From NCBI GenBank assembly GCA_002495525.1, contig DAFS01000037.1:19103-83102 (forward strand): 64,000 nt of DNA. The letters are read 5' to 3'. Below the pieces are notes generated by a model. The model ran no database searches. It was not told where the DNA came from and worked only from the letters and a program-made list of their open reading frames with translations. Source of the DNA: Euryarchaeota archaeon UBA89. Its GTDB lineage: Archaea; Thermoplasmatota; Poseidoniia; Poseidoniales; Thalassarchaeaceae. A program made the position numbers and the translations under genes. Of the stretch, positions 38,327 through 48,350 are shown piece after piece (positions within the stretch are counted from its first letter, which is position 1; each line of letters begins with the position of its first letter).

Positions 38327-39073
38327 CTAATCAACGTAATGAGCATATGTTTCTTCCTCTAATTTTTGGTATACAACTTGTAATATCTCTTCCGGAGCGT
38401 TTCTAAAAGTGGGATGGGAACTATCTCCTTGAGGGCGTTTCATTTCGTCCCACCTCCCCTGTTCATATGAAATCAATGCTTCCTTCATCAAAATTCCTGC
38501 TAAAACAAGAGTTTCATAACATAAATCTTCATATTTCATTCCTCTTTTTACAGGAACTTCTCTTCGTAATAGCAATTGCCCAGTATCTACTCCGTTATCA
38601 CAGAAATGAGTAGATGAACCTATAGGTATGTCATGATATACACTCCAAGCAGGAGACGCAGAGCCTCTACATTCAGGTAATAGTCCTGGATGGCTATTTA
38701 CTACTCCATATTTTGGATAATCTAATATTTCTCCGCGAATTATTCTTGTACCACCAAAGACTATGATATCTAGATCTAATTCTCTTATATGTGGCATTAC
38801 TTCTTCTGAATTATGAATAGGCACTTCCACATGTTCAACGTCGATACCTTTCTGTGATAACTTTTCAAGTTGAATTTCAATTCTTTCTGCAATTCGATTT
38901 CCCTCTATTCTTTTCAGAAATTTTTCTCTTTCTTCATCTGCAATTGCAGAATCTTCTGTAATGATAATTTTCGGTATAAAATCTTCTGATATTAACTGTT
39001 CTAGCATTTCTCTGCCATATGGATGTTCTTTTAGAAGTAGATATGCAAAGTTCGGCTTGGGCATATTTCTCAT
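38327..39073 (-). CDS. Formyltransferase family protein (Formyl_trans_N)
   Basis: NxHPGLLPxxRG, H..D.GVDTG folate-binding/catalytic motifs; lacks the Fmt C-terminal domain. Confidence 0.82.
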   Translation of the reverse strand: MRNMPKPNFAYLLLKEHPYGREMLEQLISEDFIPKIIITEDSAIADEEREKFLKRIEGNRIAERIEIQLEKLSQKGIDVEHVEVPIHNSEEVMPHIRELDLDIIVFGGTRIIRGEILDYPKYGVVNSHPGLLPECRGSASPAWSVYHDIPIGSSTHFCDNGVDTGQLLLRREVPVKRGMKYEDLCYETLVLAGILMKEALISYEQGRWDEMKRPQGDSSHPTFRNAPEEILQVVYQKLEEETYAHYVD

Positions 39074-39129
39074 TCATCGCAGAGGTTTCTGATACCCGTT
39101 CTTTTCGGTGTGGATATTTCTAATTTATA

Positions 39130-39300
39130 TCATATAACTTCAAAAATTAGGTAACCAATTCCGACTCCAACTGATATAGAAATTATTACTCCTAATAGTA
39201 TTACCTTCTTTAGTTTAGAAATTATACCCTTTATAGGAAGTCCGAAACCATCGTCGGATGCATTAATTATATCATAAATCATCTTTAGTTGTGGAAGCAT
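39130..39300 (-). CDS. Small (56 aa) protein with a single C-terminal TM helix
   Basis: Hand translation: MLPQLKMIYDIINASDDGFGLPIKGIISKLKKVILLGVIISISVGVGIGYLIFEVI*. Fills the gap 16 nt after the aspS stop. Not in ORF track. Confidence 0.55.
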   Translation of the reverse strand: MLPQLKMIYDIINASDDGFGLPIKGIISKLKKVILLGVIISISVGVGIGYLIFEVI

Positions 39301-39316
39301 ATTAATCTCTTCTTAG

Positions 39317-40726
39317 TTAGGGTGTTACTCTCGTTCTATCTCTTGGGAATAATACTACTTCACGGACATTTCCTGCTCCGGTAAGAACCATCAATAATCT
39401 TGCAACTCCTAATCCCCAACCTGCGTGTGGAGGAGCTCCATAACGAAAACCATCAGTATAGAATGTAAAATCTTCAGGATTGAGATCCATATCTCTGAGG
39501 TTCTGTTCAAGTACATCCACTCTGTGCTCTCTTTGTCCTCCGCTAGTCATTTCATCACGTCCATAATTTAAGTCAAAACCTCGACTTAGTTGCCCTCCAG
39601 AATCACTTTTCTCTGTTTTATTATGATAAATGTAGAATGGTTTCATCGCCATCGGCCATCTAGGGAGAAAATGAAATCCAGGATATATTGCTGCTATTAA
39701 GTCGCAATGATGACTCTCAATATCGTCCCCCCATTCAATATCGCCTCCTCCATTCTTGACAATTTCAATCGCTTCAGAATATGGAATTCTTGGAAACGGT
39801 AGTTCAGGAACCTCGACAGTGATTTCTTCTTCACCTTGACTAACTTTGTAGTCATTAATAGCCTGAATTAAATTTTGATCATTTTCAGAAACAGACGACC
39901 AGATATGATGAATCATCCTTTCCTGAACTCCCATTACATCATCATCGTTCATCCATGCGCCTTCAATATCAAAAGAAATAAACTCATTCAAATGTCTGTA
40001 AGTATCATGTTTTTCAGCTCTAAATGCCGGTCCAATTTCAAAAACTCTTTCCAATCCTCCAAGGACTGCTAATTGTTTGTAAAGTTGTGGTGACTGGCTG
40101 AGGAAAGCAGGTGTATCAAAGTACATCATAGGAAATAGATTAGTCCCTCCTTCAGATGCGCTAGCAATAATTTTAGGGCTATTCATTTCCATAAATCCTT
40201 CCTTGATTAAGTGCTCTCTACCATACTGTAGAACTTTACTTCTTAATTGGAACATTGCATTTACGTGAGTTCTTCTCAAATCCAAATGCCTATTGTCTAA
40301 TCTAATATCTAATCCAATTTTGACATCATCAATAATTCCAACTGGTAATGGTGTTGCCGCTTCTGCTAATACCTGCCCTGATGTCACATTAACTTCATAT
40401 TCCGGTGGGGGTAAAGGTTCTCCTTCTGCTACCTTCGGAGGTCTTTTTTGTGCCACAAGGCCAGTGACTTGAACTGTTGATTCTCTAGTAGAAGATTGAA
40501 TCAAATCGAAAGTTTCCGAATTCATATTATCCTTTTTCAAAAATGCTTGAATATGTCCTGTTCCATCTCTCAGCATCAGGAAGCAGATAGCACCTCTACC
40601 ACGTATTGTTTCTGCATATCCTGCTATACTAACCTCTTCACCTACTAATGATTCTCCTTCACTTACAATTTGACCTATCGTATGTGTTCGGTAAGATGTA
40701 GGTTCCCATTGGCTACTGTCTCTCAT
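39317..40726 (-). CDS. aspS: Aspartate--tRNA ligase (archaeal type)
   Basis: OB-fold [64 protein letters not shown]. Confidence 0.95.
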   Translation of the reverse strand: MRDSSQWEPTSYRTHTIGQIVSEGESLVGEEVSIAGYAETIRGRGAICFLMLRDGTGHIQAFLKKDNMNSETFDLIQSSTRESTVQVTGLVAQKRPPKVAEGEPLPPPEYEVNVTSGQVLAEAATPLPVGIIDDVKIGLDIRLDNRHLDLRRTHVNAMFQLRSKVLQYGREHLIKEGFMEMNSPKIIASASEGGTNLFPMMYFDTPAFLSQSPQLYKQLAVLGGLERVFEIGPAFRAEKHDTYRHLNEFISFDIEGAWMNDDDVMGVQERMIHHIWSSVSENDQNLIQAINDYKVSQGEEEITVEVPELPFPRIPYSEAIEIVKNGGGDIEWGDDIESHHCDLIAAIYPGFHFLPRWPMAMKPFYIYHNKTEKSDSGGQLSRGFDLNYGRDEMTSGGQREHRVDVLEQNLRDMDLNPEDFTFYTDGFRYGAPPHAGWGLGVARLLMVLTGAGNVREVVLFPRDRTRVTP

Positions 40727-40761
40727 GGTTTGGCGGAGGAATACTTGGTTATGAATCAAAT

Positions 40762-41574
40762 CTATTCTTCTTCCTCAGATGCTAATTTAGTAGCAATCAA
40801 CAAAAATGCTGTATGGCCCATTGGTTGGTTCCCAGGTCTGACTCCCCCTTTACTCGCTTTACTCCATTTTCTTTCGATAATTTCTCCGGCCCATTCGATA
40901 TTCATATTTTCATCTTCACAAGCATTCCAAGACTTTTCTAACTGAGATGAGGTAGGGCAATAGCATGCAATTCTTCCACCTACTCGAAGGCAAGGAACCA
41001 CTGCATTCAATACATTCCAAGGCTCTGCCACATCTATGATGGCGGAATCTATTTCAAAACAAATTTCTCTCACTCGATCAGTTATATTAGATAAATCATC
41101 AATAACTAAATGCCAATTAGGAAACTCGGGTAAGAATTCTTGTAACCTATCCATATTTTGTTTTCCGACCAATGCATGTTCCTCTCGAACTTCTACCGAA
41201 ATCAGTGTTCCGCTATTCCCTAACACATTAGCTATATTCATAGCTAGACCTGCTGAACCATGCCCTCCTTCTAGAACTCGGCTACCTACTCCAATTCCTA
41301 GCCAAGAAATTAAGAAACCAGAGTCTTTGATACCAATAGTTTGGGCTCTTCTAACCATATTTCGACGCGCTTCAGGAAGAGATGCTTTGACTATAGTAAG
41401 AGATTTTTGCCCTACTTGTATCCTTTCACCTATTGAGTATCCATCTAGTAGTTGTCCTGAATCAAATCTGCCTAGACCTTTTATCTTGACTTCACCCGGT
41501 TTTTTTTGTAACAAATATGCTCTGCCATCATCTTCTCTTAGAGCCACCCAATCTAGGTCATTGATTTCAGTCAT
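40762..41574 (-). CDS. trmI: tRNA (adenine-N1)-methyltransferase TrmI/Gcd14 family
   Basis: R.AQ.I..KD, RVLEGG.GS, E.REEH...G..N, D..EPW, Y.P...Q, RP...GHT.FL. Confidence 0.85.
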   Translation of the reverse strand: MTEINDLDWVALREDDGRAYLLQKKPGEVKIKGLGRFDSGQLLDGYSIGERIQVGQKSLTIVKASLPEARRNMVRRAQTIGIKDSGFLISWLGIGVGSRVLEGGHGSAGLAMNIANVLGNSGTLISVEVREEHALVGKQNMDRLQEFLPEFPNWHLVIDDLSNITDRVREICFEIDSAIIDVAEPWNVLNAVVPCLRVGGRIACYCPTSSQLEKSWNACEDENMNIEWAGEIIERKWSKASKGGVRPGNQPMGHTAFLLIATKLASEEEE

Positions 41575-41694
41575 TGATTCTACGAAAAGGTTCCATGATA
41601 TCAAGTCATTTGATTGAGAAGTTAGTTTATTTTGATTTATTCTTATAAACAAATCTTAGATAAGATTATACGAAGTTGTACAAGCGTTCATTTA

Positions 41695-44600
41695 GTGTTG
41701 AGGAACGAATTGTACAGTTCTATCTTGGCCCTCGCCATGGTGTCATTAATGGTTATTATGACTTTAGGGGGGCTTTTTGACTCAGATGAGCAAGATTTCT
41801 ATGAGCTCAACGAACTTGAAAAAGAGGAATTACCACTCTTTGCATCCAGCCCAGGTCATACTGTGTTCGGTGAATATGTAGGCGCCCATTGGTGTGGTCC
41901 TTGTATGAGTAGTGCATCCCCTTCTCTCCATAATTTGAAAACATCTAATCCTGAAGATTTCACATATATTTCGTTTTTCGAAGGTTCCGGAACTGGATGG
42001 CCTTCTGATTCAATTGGTAGTTCTGGGACAAGAAGAGACCACGTAATGGGTGCATCTAGTGGTTACCCTACATTCTCTTTTGCAGATGAGCAAGCAGGTT
42101 CTTGTTACAAAGTAGGCGCTGGTGGAACAAATTACTATGATGCAGATTTCACATCTGGTGGATGTATGGCACCATCTTCTACAGATTTTTCTATGGAACT
42201 TTCCACTTCCCTAAATCCTTCAGGAGATACTGTCACCACTGATTTGTCAATTTCATACTTAGGGACCATACCATCAGTTTCAGTGTATGTATATGCAGCC
42301 ATTACCGAACAATCAGGGGCTGAAAACTATGACGATGGATACAAGCCCCATCATGTTTGGAGATCTTGGTTGTTAGACAGTAGCCAGAGTGGATTTGAAC
42401 AAGTAGTCCTTTCACCTAGTTCAACTGCTGAACTTTCTTGGGATAAACCTTTGAGCACTGTTAGAGCTGCAGGTGGCAATACTCAATTTGAGAATTTTTG
42501 GCCTGTAGTTGCACTAATGGACGGCCCTCACACAACCTACAATAATTTCTATTCTGCTGTTGATTTGGACATGGCTCCCTTAGTTGATATGGGGATATCT
42601 GATTTCACTATTCAAGGCGATTCTGGTTTCGTTCAAGGTGATGAAATAGTTTTACAGACTATTATTAGAAATAATGGTGTTGAAACATACTCTGAGGGTG
42701 GACAAATCAGTATATACTATCTTGATGGTTCCGAGGAACAGCTAATCTCTAGCACCTCATTGAATAATAATATTGCATCCGGTTCTACTCAAATGTTGAC
42801 AACTGATTTTGACACTTCCTCGATTGAAATGTCGCCCTCAGGTACCTCAGTATTTAGGGCGAGACTTTCAAATCTGGAAGGCGATAGAATACCGAGTAAT
42901 AATTATCAAGATGTAGCTGGGCTACATGATTTGCCTCCAGTGCCAATTACCCCTACTTCCGTCTCTTCTCCTAATGTAAATAGAGGCAGTTCCATTCAAT
43001 TTGAAGTAACTGCAATATCAAATGACTTAGTTGATACGATTGAATCTATGTATCCTACATTGCATTATTCAGAGGCAGGTTCTGGTTCTTGGGATGATAC
43101 ATGGATTGAAGGGCCTGAAATTATTGGAAATGGTGGGAATGCAAGGTACTTATATTCAATAAATACTGAATTAACTTCACAAGTAGGTGACTATGATCTT
43201 AGAGTGATGTGGACAGATGCAGGTGGACAAGATAGTGAATGGTTAATTTCAGAGGATGCATTTGTACTTCAAAACGCACTGCCTTCAATTTATTCAAGTA
43301 GTGATGATCAATATTCTGGAATGCCTACAGTGAAAGTAGATACTGAAGAAAAGGTTTCCATAATAGGCTTAATCAGTGATGCGGAGACTCCTTTGCAACT
43401 TCTAGATATATCAAGTGATGACGGTGAATTCTTGTCATGGGATTCAGTAAACTTAGAATTAACAGTCAAATTTACACAAGTAGTTAGAGATAGTCACGGA
43501 AATGCATTGCCACAAGGAATTTACATTAGTGTCAATGACGGAGACGATATTAATTCAGGACTAATTTTATTCAATGTTATAGAAAATGGTGCTCCCCGTT
43601 GGTCTCCTATTAATACACAATCATTCAATGAAGGAGGTTATGGGAGTATCACATTTACAAATTATCTTTCAGATACCGATGATGCTGGGAACCCTGTGCC
43701 GGTAGCTGAACTTACATTATCAATAATTGATGTATCTGATGAAAATCTAGTTGAAGTGGATTTAAACGGCCATTCCTTATCAGTAGTCTCTTTGAATGAA
43801 GATGACTTTGGAATTGTTGATATTGTAATTAGGGCTAGTGATGGTATAAAATTCTCAGATACAGTTGTTACTTTCCATGTCCTCAATGTTAATGATGCAC
43901 CTAGGATTAATTTAACCGATATAGAACAAATTAATCTTCAAACTGGAGATATTTATTCAATAAATCTACTGGAAAGAATTTCAGATATCGATAATTCGGA
44001 TGAAGAAATTTGGGTAGTTGTAGAAAATCAAGTTCCAGGAGGAACTCAGTGGAATCCTATAACTGGTGATTTATTCATGTCTTGGCAAGATTCTGGGACT
44101 CAGATGGTTATTATCACTGCTGAAGATAGACATGGTTTTTCCTCCTCTTTTGTAATCACTGTTAATGTAGTAGATGATTTACCTTTAATCTGGAAATATG
44201 GTTCAATTGGTGACTTTACAATTTCTATCGATACAACTGATTATTACACTAATCCTTCGGTCTCAATTACCAATGTAGGAGTTCTTCAATTATCAGAGAT
44301 TTCAGTATTTTGGGGTATTTGTAATTCTGTAACTGGGATCTGCCATACTTCTGGAATATCTCACAATCTAGGTCCATTTATCGTGAATCACATTAGCGGT
44401 GATGGGTTGGGTGTCGGAGATTACATGACATTCACTGTAAGAGCCGTCGATCAGAATGGGATGGATAGAGTGACAGAAGAAACTTACAAGATTCATGCAA
44501 CATTGCCTGAGTTAGTTTTCGAAGATGAAAATCCTACTTCAAACGATGCATCATCTAGTTCTACATTGTCTCCATTAATGGTGATAGGAATTTTGAGTTT

Positions 44601-44859
44601 AGTAGTTCTATCTGTATTGGTAGCATCTCTTTCAACAGTTGCAATTATGAGGAGGAAAAAGAATGATGTCGAAGAATCTCGATATATTTCACAAGCACCA
44701 TTCGAATTGATGGATGATGTAACTTCTCCAAAGAGTTCGTCAAAGCTACCTCCGCCACCTCCAATGATGCCTAAATTACCTGCCACTGGTCTTCCAGATG
44801 GCTGGTCAATGGAACAGTGGTATCACTATGGAGAAGAATATCTCCGACGCCAAAAATGA
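41695..44859 (+). CDS. Large membrane-anchored surface protein: thioredoxin-like WCGPC/Omp28-like N-terminus, CARDB and cadherin-like Ig domains
   Basis: EY.GA.WCGPC, GYPT..F, ITE...H..R; V..VNDAP and N.AP cadherin-like linkers; TM+RRKK; Pro-rich and LPDGWSMEQW..YG tail. Start approximate. Confidence 0.65.
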   Translation: MLRNELYSSILALAMVSLMVIMTLGGLFDSDEQDFYELNELEKEELPLFASSPGHTVFGEYVGAHWCGPCMSSASPSLHNLKTSNPEDFTYISFFEGSGTGWPSDSIGSSGTRRDHVMGASSGYPTFSFADEQAGSCYKVGAGGTNYYDADFTSGGCMAPSSTDFSMELSTSLNPSGDTVTTDLSISYLGTIPSVSVYVYAAITEQSGAENYDDGYKPHHVWRSWLLDSSQSGFEQVVLSPSSTAELSWDKPLSTVRAAGGNTQFENFWPVVALMDGPHTTYNNFYSAVDLDMAPLVDMGISDFTIQGDSGFVQGDEIVLQTIIRNNGVETYSEGGQISIYYLDGSEEQLISSTSLNNNIASGSTQMLTTDFDTSSIEMSPSGTSVFRARLSNLEGDRIPSNNYQDVAGLHDLPPVPITPTSVSSPNVNRGSSIQFEVTAISNDLVDTIESMYPTLHYSEAGSGSWDDTWIEGPEIIGNGGNARYLYSINTELTSQVGDYDLRVMWTDAGGQDSEWLISEDAFVLQNALPSIYSSSDDQYSGMPTVKVDTEEKVSIIGLISDAETPLQLLDISSDDGEFLSWDSVNLELTVKFTQVVRDSHGNALPQGIYISVNDGDDINSGLILFNVIENGAPRWSPINTQSFNEGGYGSITFTNYLSDTDDAGNPVPVAELTLSIIDVSDENLVEVDLNGHSLSVVSLNEDDFGIVDIVIRASDGIKFSDTVVTFHVLNVNDAPRINLTDIEQINLQTGDIYSINLLERISDIDNSDEEIWVVVENQVPGGTQWNPITGDLFMSWQDSGTQMVIITAEDRHGFSSSFVITVNVVDDLPLIWKYGSIGDFTISIDTTDYYTNPSVSITNVGVLQLSEISVFWGICNSVTGICHTSGISHNLGPFIVNHISGDGLGVGDYMTFTVRAVDQNGMDRVTEETYKIHATLPELVFEDENPTSNDASSSSTLSPLMVIGILSLVVLSVLVASLSTVAIMRRKKNDVEESRYISQAPFELMDDVTSPKSSSKLPPPPPMMPKLPATGLPDGWSMEQWYHYGEEYLRRQK

Positions 44860-44932
44860 TTTTTTTTGCTAATGCTTCTATGACGCACCTTCAAGAAGGT
44901 CAGACTTACAGGACTAATCCCGAGGGAGTCAC

Positions 44933-46975
44933 TTGTCAGACGAAACAGATGAATCATTAGCGAAGGAAAACCCTCTTGAAAGTTGGGAAGATGGCGCTGC
45001 CTTCGGCGTCGCACAAGAAAAAGATCCCGTATGTAAAGTACCCGTTGAAGAATGGATTAAGAAAGTCGAAATTACTTCTACTGCAGATGTCCCCATACCT
45101 GAAAAATTAGTTGATCAGGTTATTGGACAGGAAGCCGCATCAATAGTTGTCAGAAAGGCTGCAGAGCAGAGAAGACACGTAATCATGGTCGGTGAACCAG
45201 GTACTGGAAAGTCAATGTTAGCACGTTCAATGACAGAATTCCTCCCTAAAGAACAACTAGAAGACATTCTAGTCTATCGAAATCAAGATGATGAGAATGA
45301 ACCTAAGGTTAGAACAGTTCCTGCTGGCAGAGGTTCAAGGATAATTTCTGAGCGCAAAGCTTTGATTAGACAGCAGAGAGAAAGAACGAATCGAACACTC
45401 TTATTTATTGTCTTAATAGTTGGTGCTGCTTTAGTTCTAGCAACACTATCTAGTGGAGAAATATTAACGCTAATTTTTGGTTCGTTCTTATTGATATTTG
45501 GTTATTTTTTCCTTAGAGGGAGACTTACTGCAGGTGATGAAGGAAATATCCCTAAACTCCTTGTGAAACATGAACGGAATGAAGAACCTCCTTTCATTGA
45601 TGCTACAGGAACTCTTGCAGGGGCTTTACTGGGTGATGTTAGACATGATCCGTTCCAGTCAGGTGCAGACTTAGCTACACCTGCTCACGAGAGAGTTGAG
45701 CCTGGTGCAGTTCACAGAGCAAACAAGGGCGTACTTTACATCGATGAGATTAGAATGCTTAGGATGGAAGAACAGCAAGCATTACTAGTAGCCATGCAAG
45801 AAAAGGCGCTTTCAATTTCAGGTCGTTCCGAGCGTTCATCTGGAGCCTTAACTAAATCCGAGCCAGTACCTACTGATTTTATTTTAATTGCTGCAGGAAA
45901 TCTTGATAGCATACAGAACATGCATCCTGCTCTTAGAAGTAGAATTAGAGGATATGGATATGAAGTGTATGTCAATACTGATATGCCAGATACTGAAAAA
46001 AATCGCCGTAGATTAATCCGTTTCGTATCTCAGGAAGTTGTCAATGAAAGAAAGAAAACATCAGGAAAACCGATTCCCCATTTCGATATTGAATCTATTG
46101 GACTTATCCTGAAAGAAGCCCAGAGGCGTAGTGGCCGCAGAGGTAGGCTTTCACTAAGATTACGTGAACTCGGGGGTTTAATACGGATTGCAGGTGATTT
46201 AGCGGTTGAAGAAAATGCAGAAATTACCAATGCATCGCATATTATTAGAGCCAGAGCAATTGCGAAACCGCTTGAGCAACAAGTTGCAGATAGGTATTTA
46301 GAAAGACAAGCAGATTACTCTATGATTGTAAATAAGGGTGAGAGAATAGGAAGAGTAAATGGATTAGCAGTGCTTGGTGCTGATTCAGGACTTTCTGATT
46401 ATTCAGGAGTAGTACTGCCAGTAGAAGCTATGGTGACAGCAGCACATGGTAGATCCGGTCAAGTGATAGCCACTGGTGGCCTTTCAGACTTGGCTAAAGA
46501 ATCAGTAACAAATATTAGTGCTGTAGTCAAAAAATTAACTGGAAATGATATCAAAGATTTCGATGTTCATGTTCAATTCCCTGGGACACATAATGTTGAT
46601 GGAGATAGCGCATCGATAACCATGGCCACTGCTATAATAAGTGCATTTGAAGGGTTACCCATTGAACAGAACCTTGCTATGACAGGTTCTCTATCAATTA
46701 GAGGTGAAGTACTCCCTATTGGAGGGGTTTCTGCTAAGATTGAAGCGGCTGCTAAATCAGGTATTGAAACTATTATAATTCCTCGCTCTAATATGCAAGA
46801 TGTATTAATTGATGAACAATATGAATCTATGGTTACAGTAATTCCGGTCGATTCCCTAGATGAGGTTCTAAAACATGCACTTGTTGGTTCAGAAGATAAA
46901 GTTTCATTGGTTGAAAGATTAGCATTGGTTATTGATACTATTTCTAATACTGCCGATACTCAACCGTCAGCCTGA
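44933..46975 (+). CDS. lonB: Archaeal ATP-dependent protease LonB
   Basis: DQVIGQ, GEPGTGKS, two TM helices inserted, GDVRHDPFQSG, HPALRSRI, NGLAV, DGDSAS (Ser), PIGGV..K (Lys). Confidence 0.96.
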   Translation: MSDETDESLAKENPLESWEDGAAFGVAQEKDPVCKVPVEEWIKKVEITSTADVPIPEKLVDQVIGQEAASIVVRKAAEQRRHVIMVGEPGTGKSMLARSMTEFLPKEQLEDILVYRNQDDENEPKVRTVPAGRGSRIISERKALIRQQRERTNRTLLFIVLIVGAALVLATLSSGEILTLIFGSFLLIFGYFFLRGRLTAGDEGNIPKLLVKHERNEEPPFIDATGTLAGALLGDVRHDPFQSGADLATPAHERVEPGAVHRANKGVLYIDEIRMLRMEEQQALLVAMQEKALSISGRSERSSGALTKSEPVPTDFILIAAGNLDSIQNMHPALRSRIRGYGYEVYVNTDMPDTEKNRRRLIRFVSQEVVNERKKTSGKPIPHFDIESIGLILKEAQRRSGRRGRLSLRLRELGGLIRIAGDLAVEENAEITNASHIIRARAIAKPLEQQVADRYLERQADYSMIVNKGERIGRVNGLAVLGADSGLSDYSGVVLPVEAMVTAAHGRSGQVIATGGLSDLAKESVTNISAVVKKLTGNDIKDFDVHVQFPGTHNVDGDSASITMATAIISAFEGLPIEQNLAMTGSLSIRGEVLPIGGVSAKIEAAAKSGIETIIIPRSNMQDVLIDEQYESMVTVIPVDSLDEVLKHALVGSEDKVSLVERLALVIDTISNTADTQPSA

Positions 46976-47016
46976 AGTCCCCTCAAAACTAAGTGTTCAA
47001 CCCGCACGGTGGATTT

Positions 47017-48348
47017 ATGGAAGATAACGGGAGTAAGAGTTCTCCAATGGGAATTTTATTTCTTGTAGTCCTAATTGATATGTTAGGATTCACAATAGTT
47101 ATCCCATTTCTAACATATTTTGTTCAAGACTTGGCTTCTGCTGAAGGAATTATGGATATTGGAAAGAGAGACTTGTGGGTCGGTGTTGTGATATCTTGTT
47201 ATTCTCTAGCACAATTTATTTTCACTCCGATTCTTGGTTCACTTAGTGATAATTATGGTAGGCGTCCGATTATTATTCTTGGTTTGATTTCTAATTCAAT
47301 ATTTTTCATTGTGTTTGGTCTTTCACAGAGCCTTACAATGGCACTTGTCGCTCGTTTCTTGGCGGGTGCAGGTAATGGAAATATCGCAGTTGCAAGAGCC
47401 TATATCGGGGATATAAGTCAACCTAATGAAATATCTAGGAGAATGGGTCTGATAGGTGCTGCTTTTGGTTTAGGATTCATGATAGGCCCTTTTATTGGAG
47501 GTTTGTTGTCCGATCCTGCAACAAGTATCGGAGGTATTTTTGATACATCATTTTGGTCAAAATATCCTTATTTATTGCCATGTATATTTTCAAGTATTCT
47601 TTCATTGATTTCTTTATTATTAGCAATAATTTGGCTTCCTGAGAGTCTACCTAAAAAATCTAGAAAAAATCAGTTAGAGTCTCCTTTGAAAGAACTCAGA
47701 AGTATTTCCGATAATCTAATCAATGTTTTGAAATTCCCTCAAATCTCTACTTTAATTTTTGCTAATTTCCTGTTTATGTTCGGATTTAGTATGATGCATG
47801 GTACTTTCATACTCTTTACGGCTATGGAAATTGAAAATGGCGGACTCGGATTTACAGAAATGCAAAATGGATGGGTTTTTGCTTTTATAGGTGTTATTGG
47901 AGTAATTATTCAAGGTGGCCTTATTGGTAAATTAACTGATAGATTTAGTATGAAAAGTTTAATGATATTTGGAACTCTACTTTGTGGTTTAGGAATTGCA
48001 AGTTTACCCTATGTTCCTCCAAATACTAGTTGGCTAATTTTCCTTGGAGCGGCAGCATTAGCTATTGGTAATGCACTGTTTTCTCCTACACAATCATCAA
48101 TGCTCACTTTCGCAACTACCGACTCAGGATATGAGCTGGGTGCAGTGATGGGCGCCCAAGAAGGATATAGTGCATTAGCTAGAATAATTGGACCCCTATT
48201 AGCGGCTTATATTTGGTCTGAGACAGTTGAAGGAATTGGTTTATGGACTTACCATACCTGTTTTAGAGTGGCAGGATTGATTTTTATCCTTGCTTTAATT
48301 CTGCAAATGAAGATTAAAGTCGATTCACAATTTAAAGGAAGTATGTAA
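47017..48348 (+). CDS. MFS transporter (TetA/DHA1-like)
   Basis: D..G..I..P, G.LSD..GRRP motif A, ARFLAG, GF.IGP.IGG motif C, LPES; ~12 TM. Confidence 0.88.
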   Translation: MEDNGSKSSPMGILFLVVLIDMLGFTIVIPFLTYFVQDLASAEGIMDIGKRDLWVGVVISCYSLAQFIFTPILGSLSDNYGRRPIIILGLISNSIFFIVFGLSQSLTMALVARFLAGAGNGNIAVARAYIGDISQPNEISRRMGLIGAAFGLGFMIGPFIGGLLSDPATSIGGIFDTSFWSKYPYLLPCIFSSILSLISLLLAIIWLPESLPKKSRKNQLESPLKELRSISDNLINVLKFPQISTLIFANFLFMFGFSMMHGTFILFTAMEIENGGLGFTEMQNGWVFAFIGVIGVIIQGGLIGKLTDRFSMKSLMIFGTLLCGLGIASLPYVPPNTSWLIFLGAAALAIGNALFSPTQSSMLTFATTDSGYELGAVMGAQEGYSALARIIGPLLAAYIWSETVEGIGLWTYHTCFRVAGLIFILALILQMKIKVDSQFKGSM

Positions 48349-48350
48349 AT

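Noticed and set aside
38327..39073. Formyltransferase as Met-tRNA formyltransferase (fmt) or purN
   Set aside because: Lacks the Fmt C-terminal domain and the PurN N-terminal SGxGSN motif; archaea do not formylate initiator tRNA.
41036..41617. 193-aa plus-strand ORF and the many other 60-150 aa ORFs nested in or antisense to long genes
   Set aside because: Fully overlap confidently identified genes, with composition typical of shadow frames.
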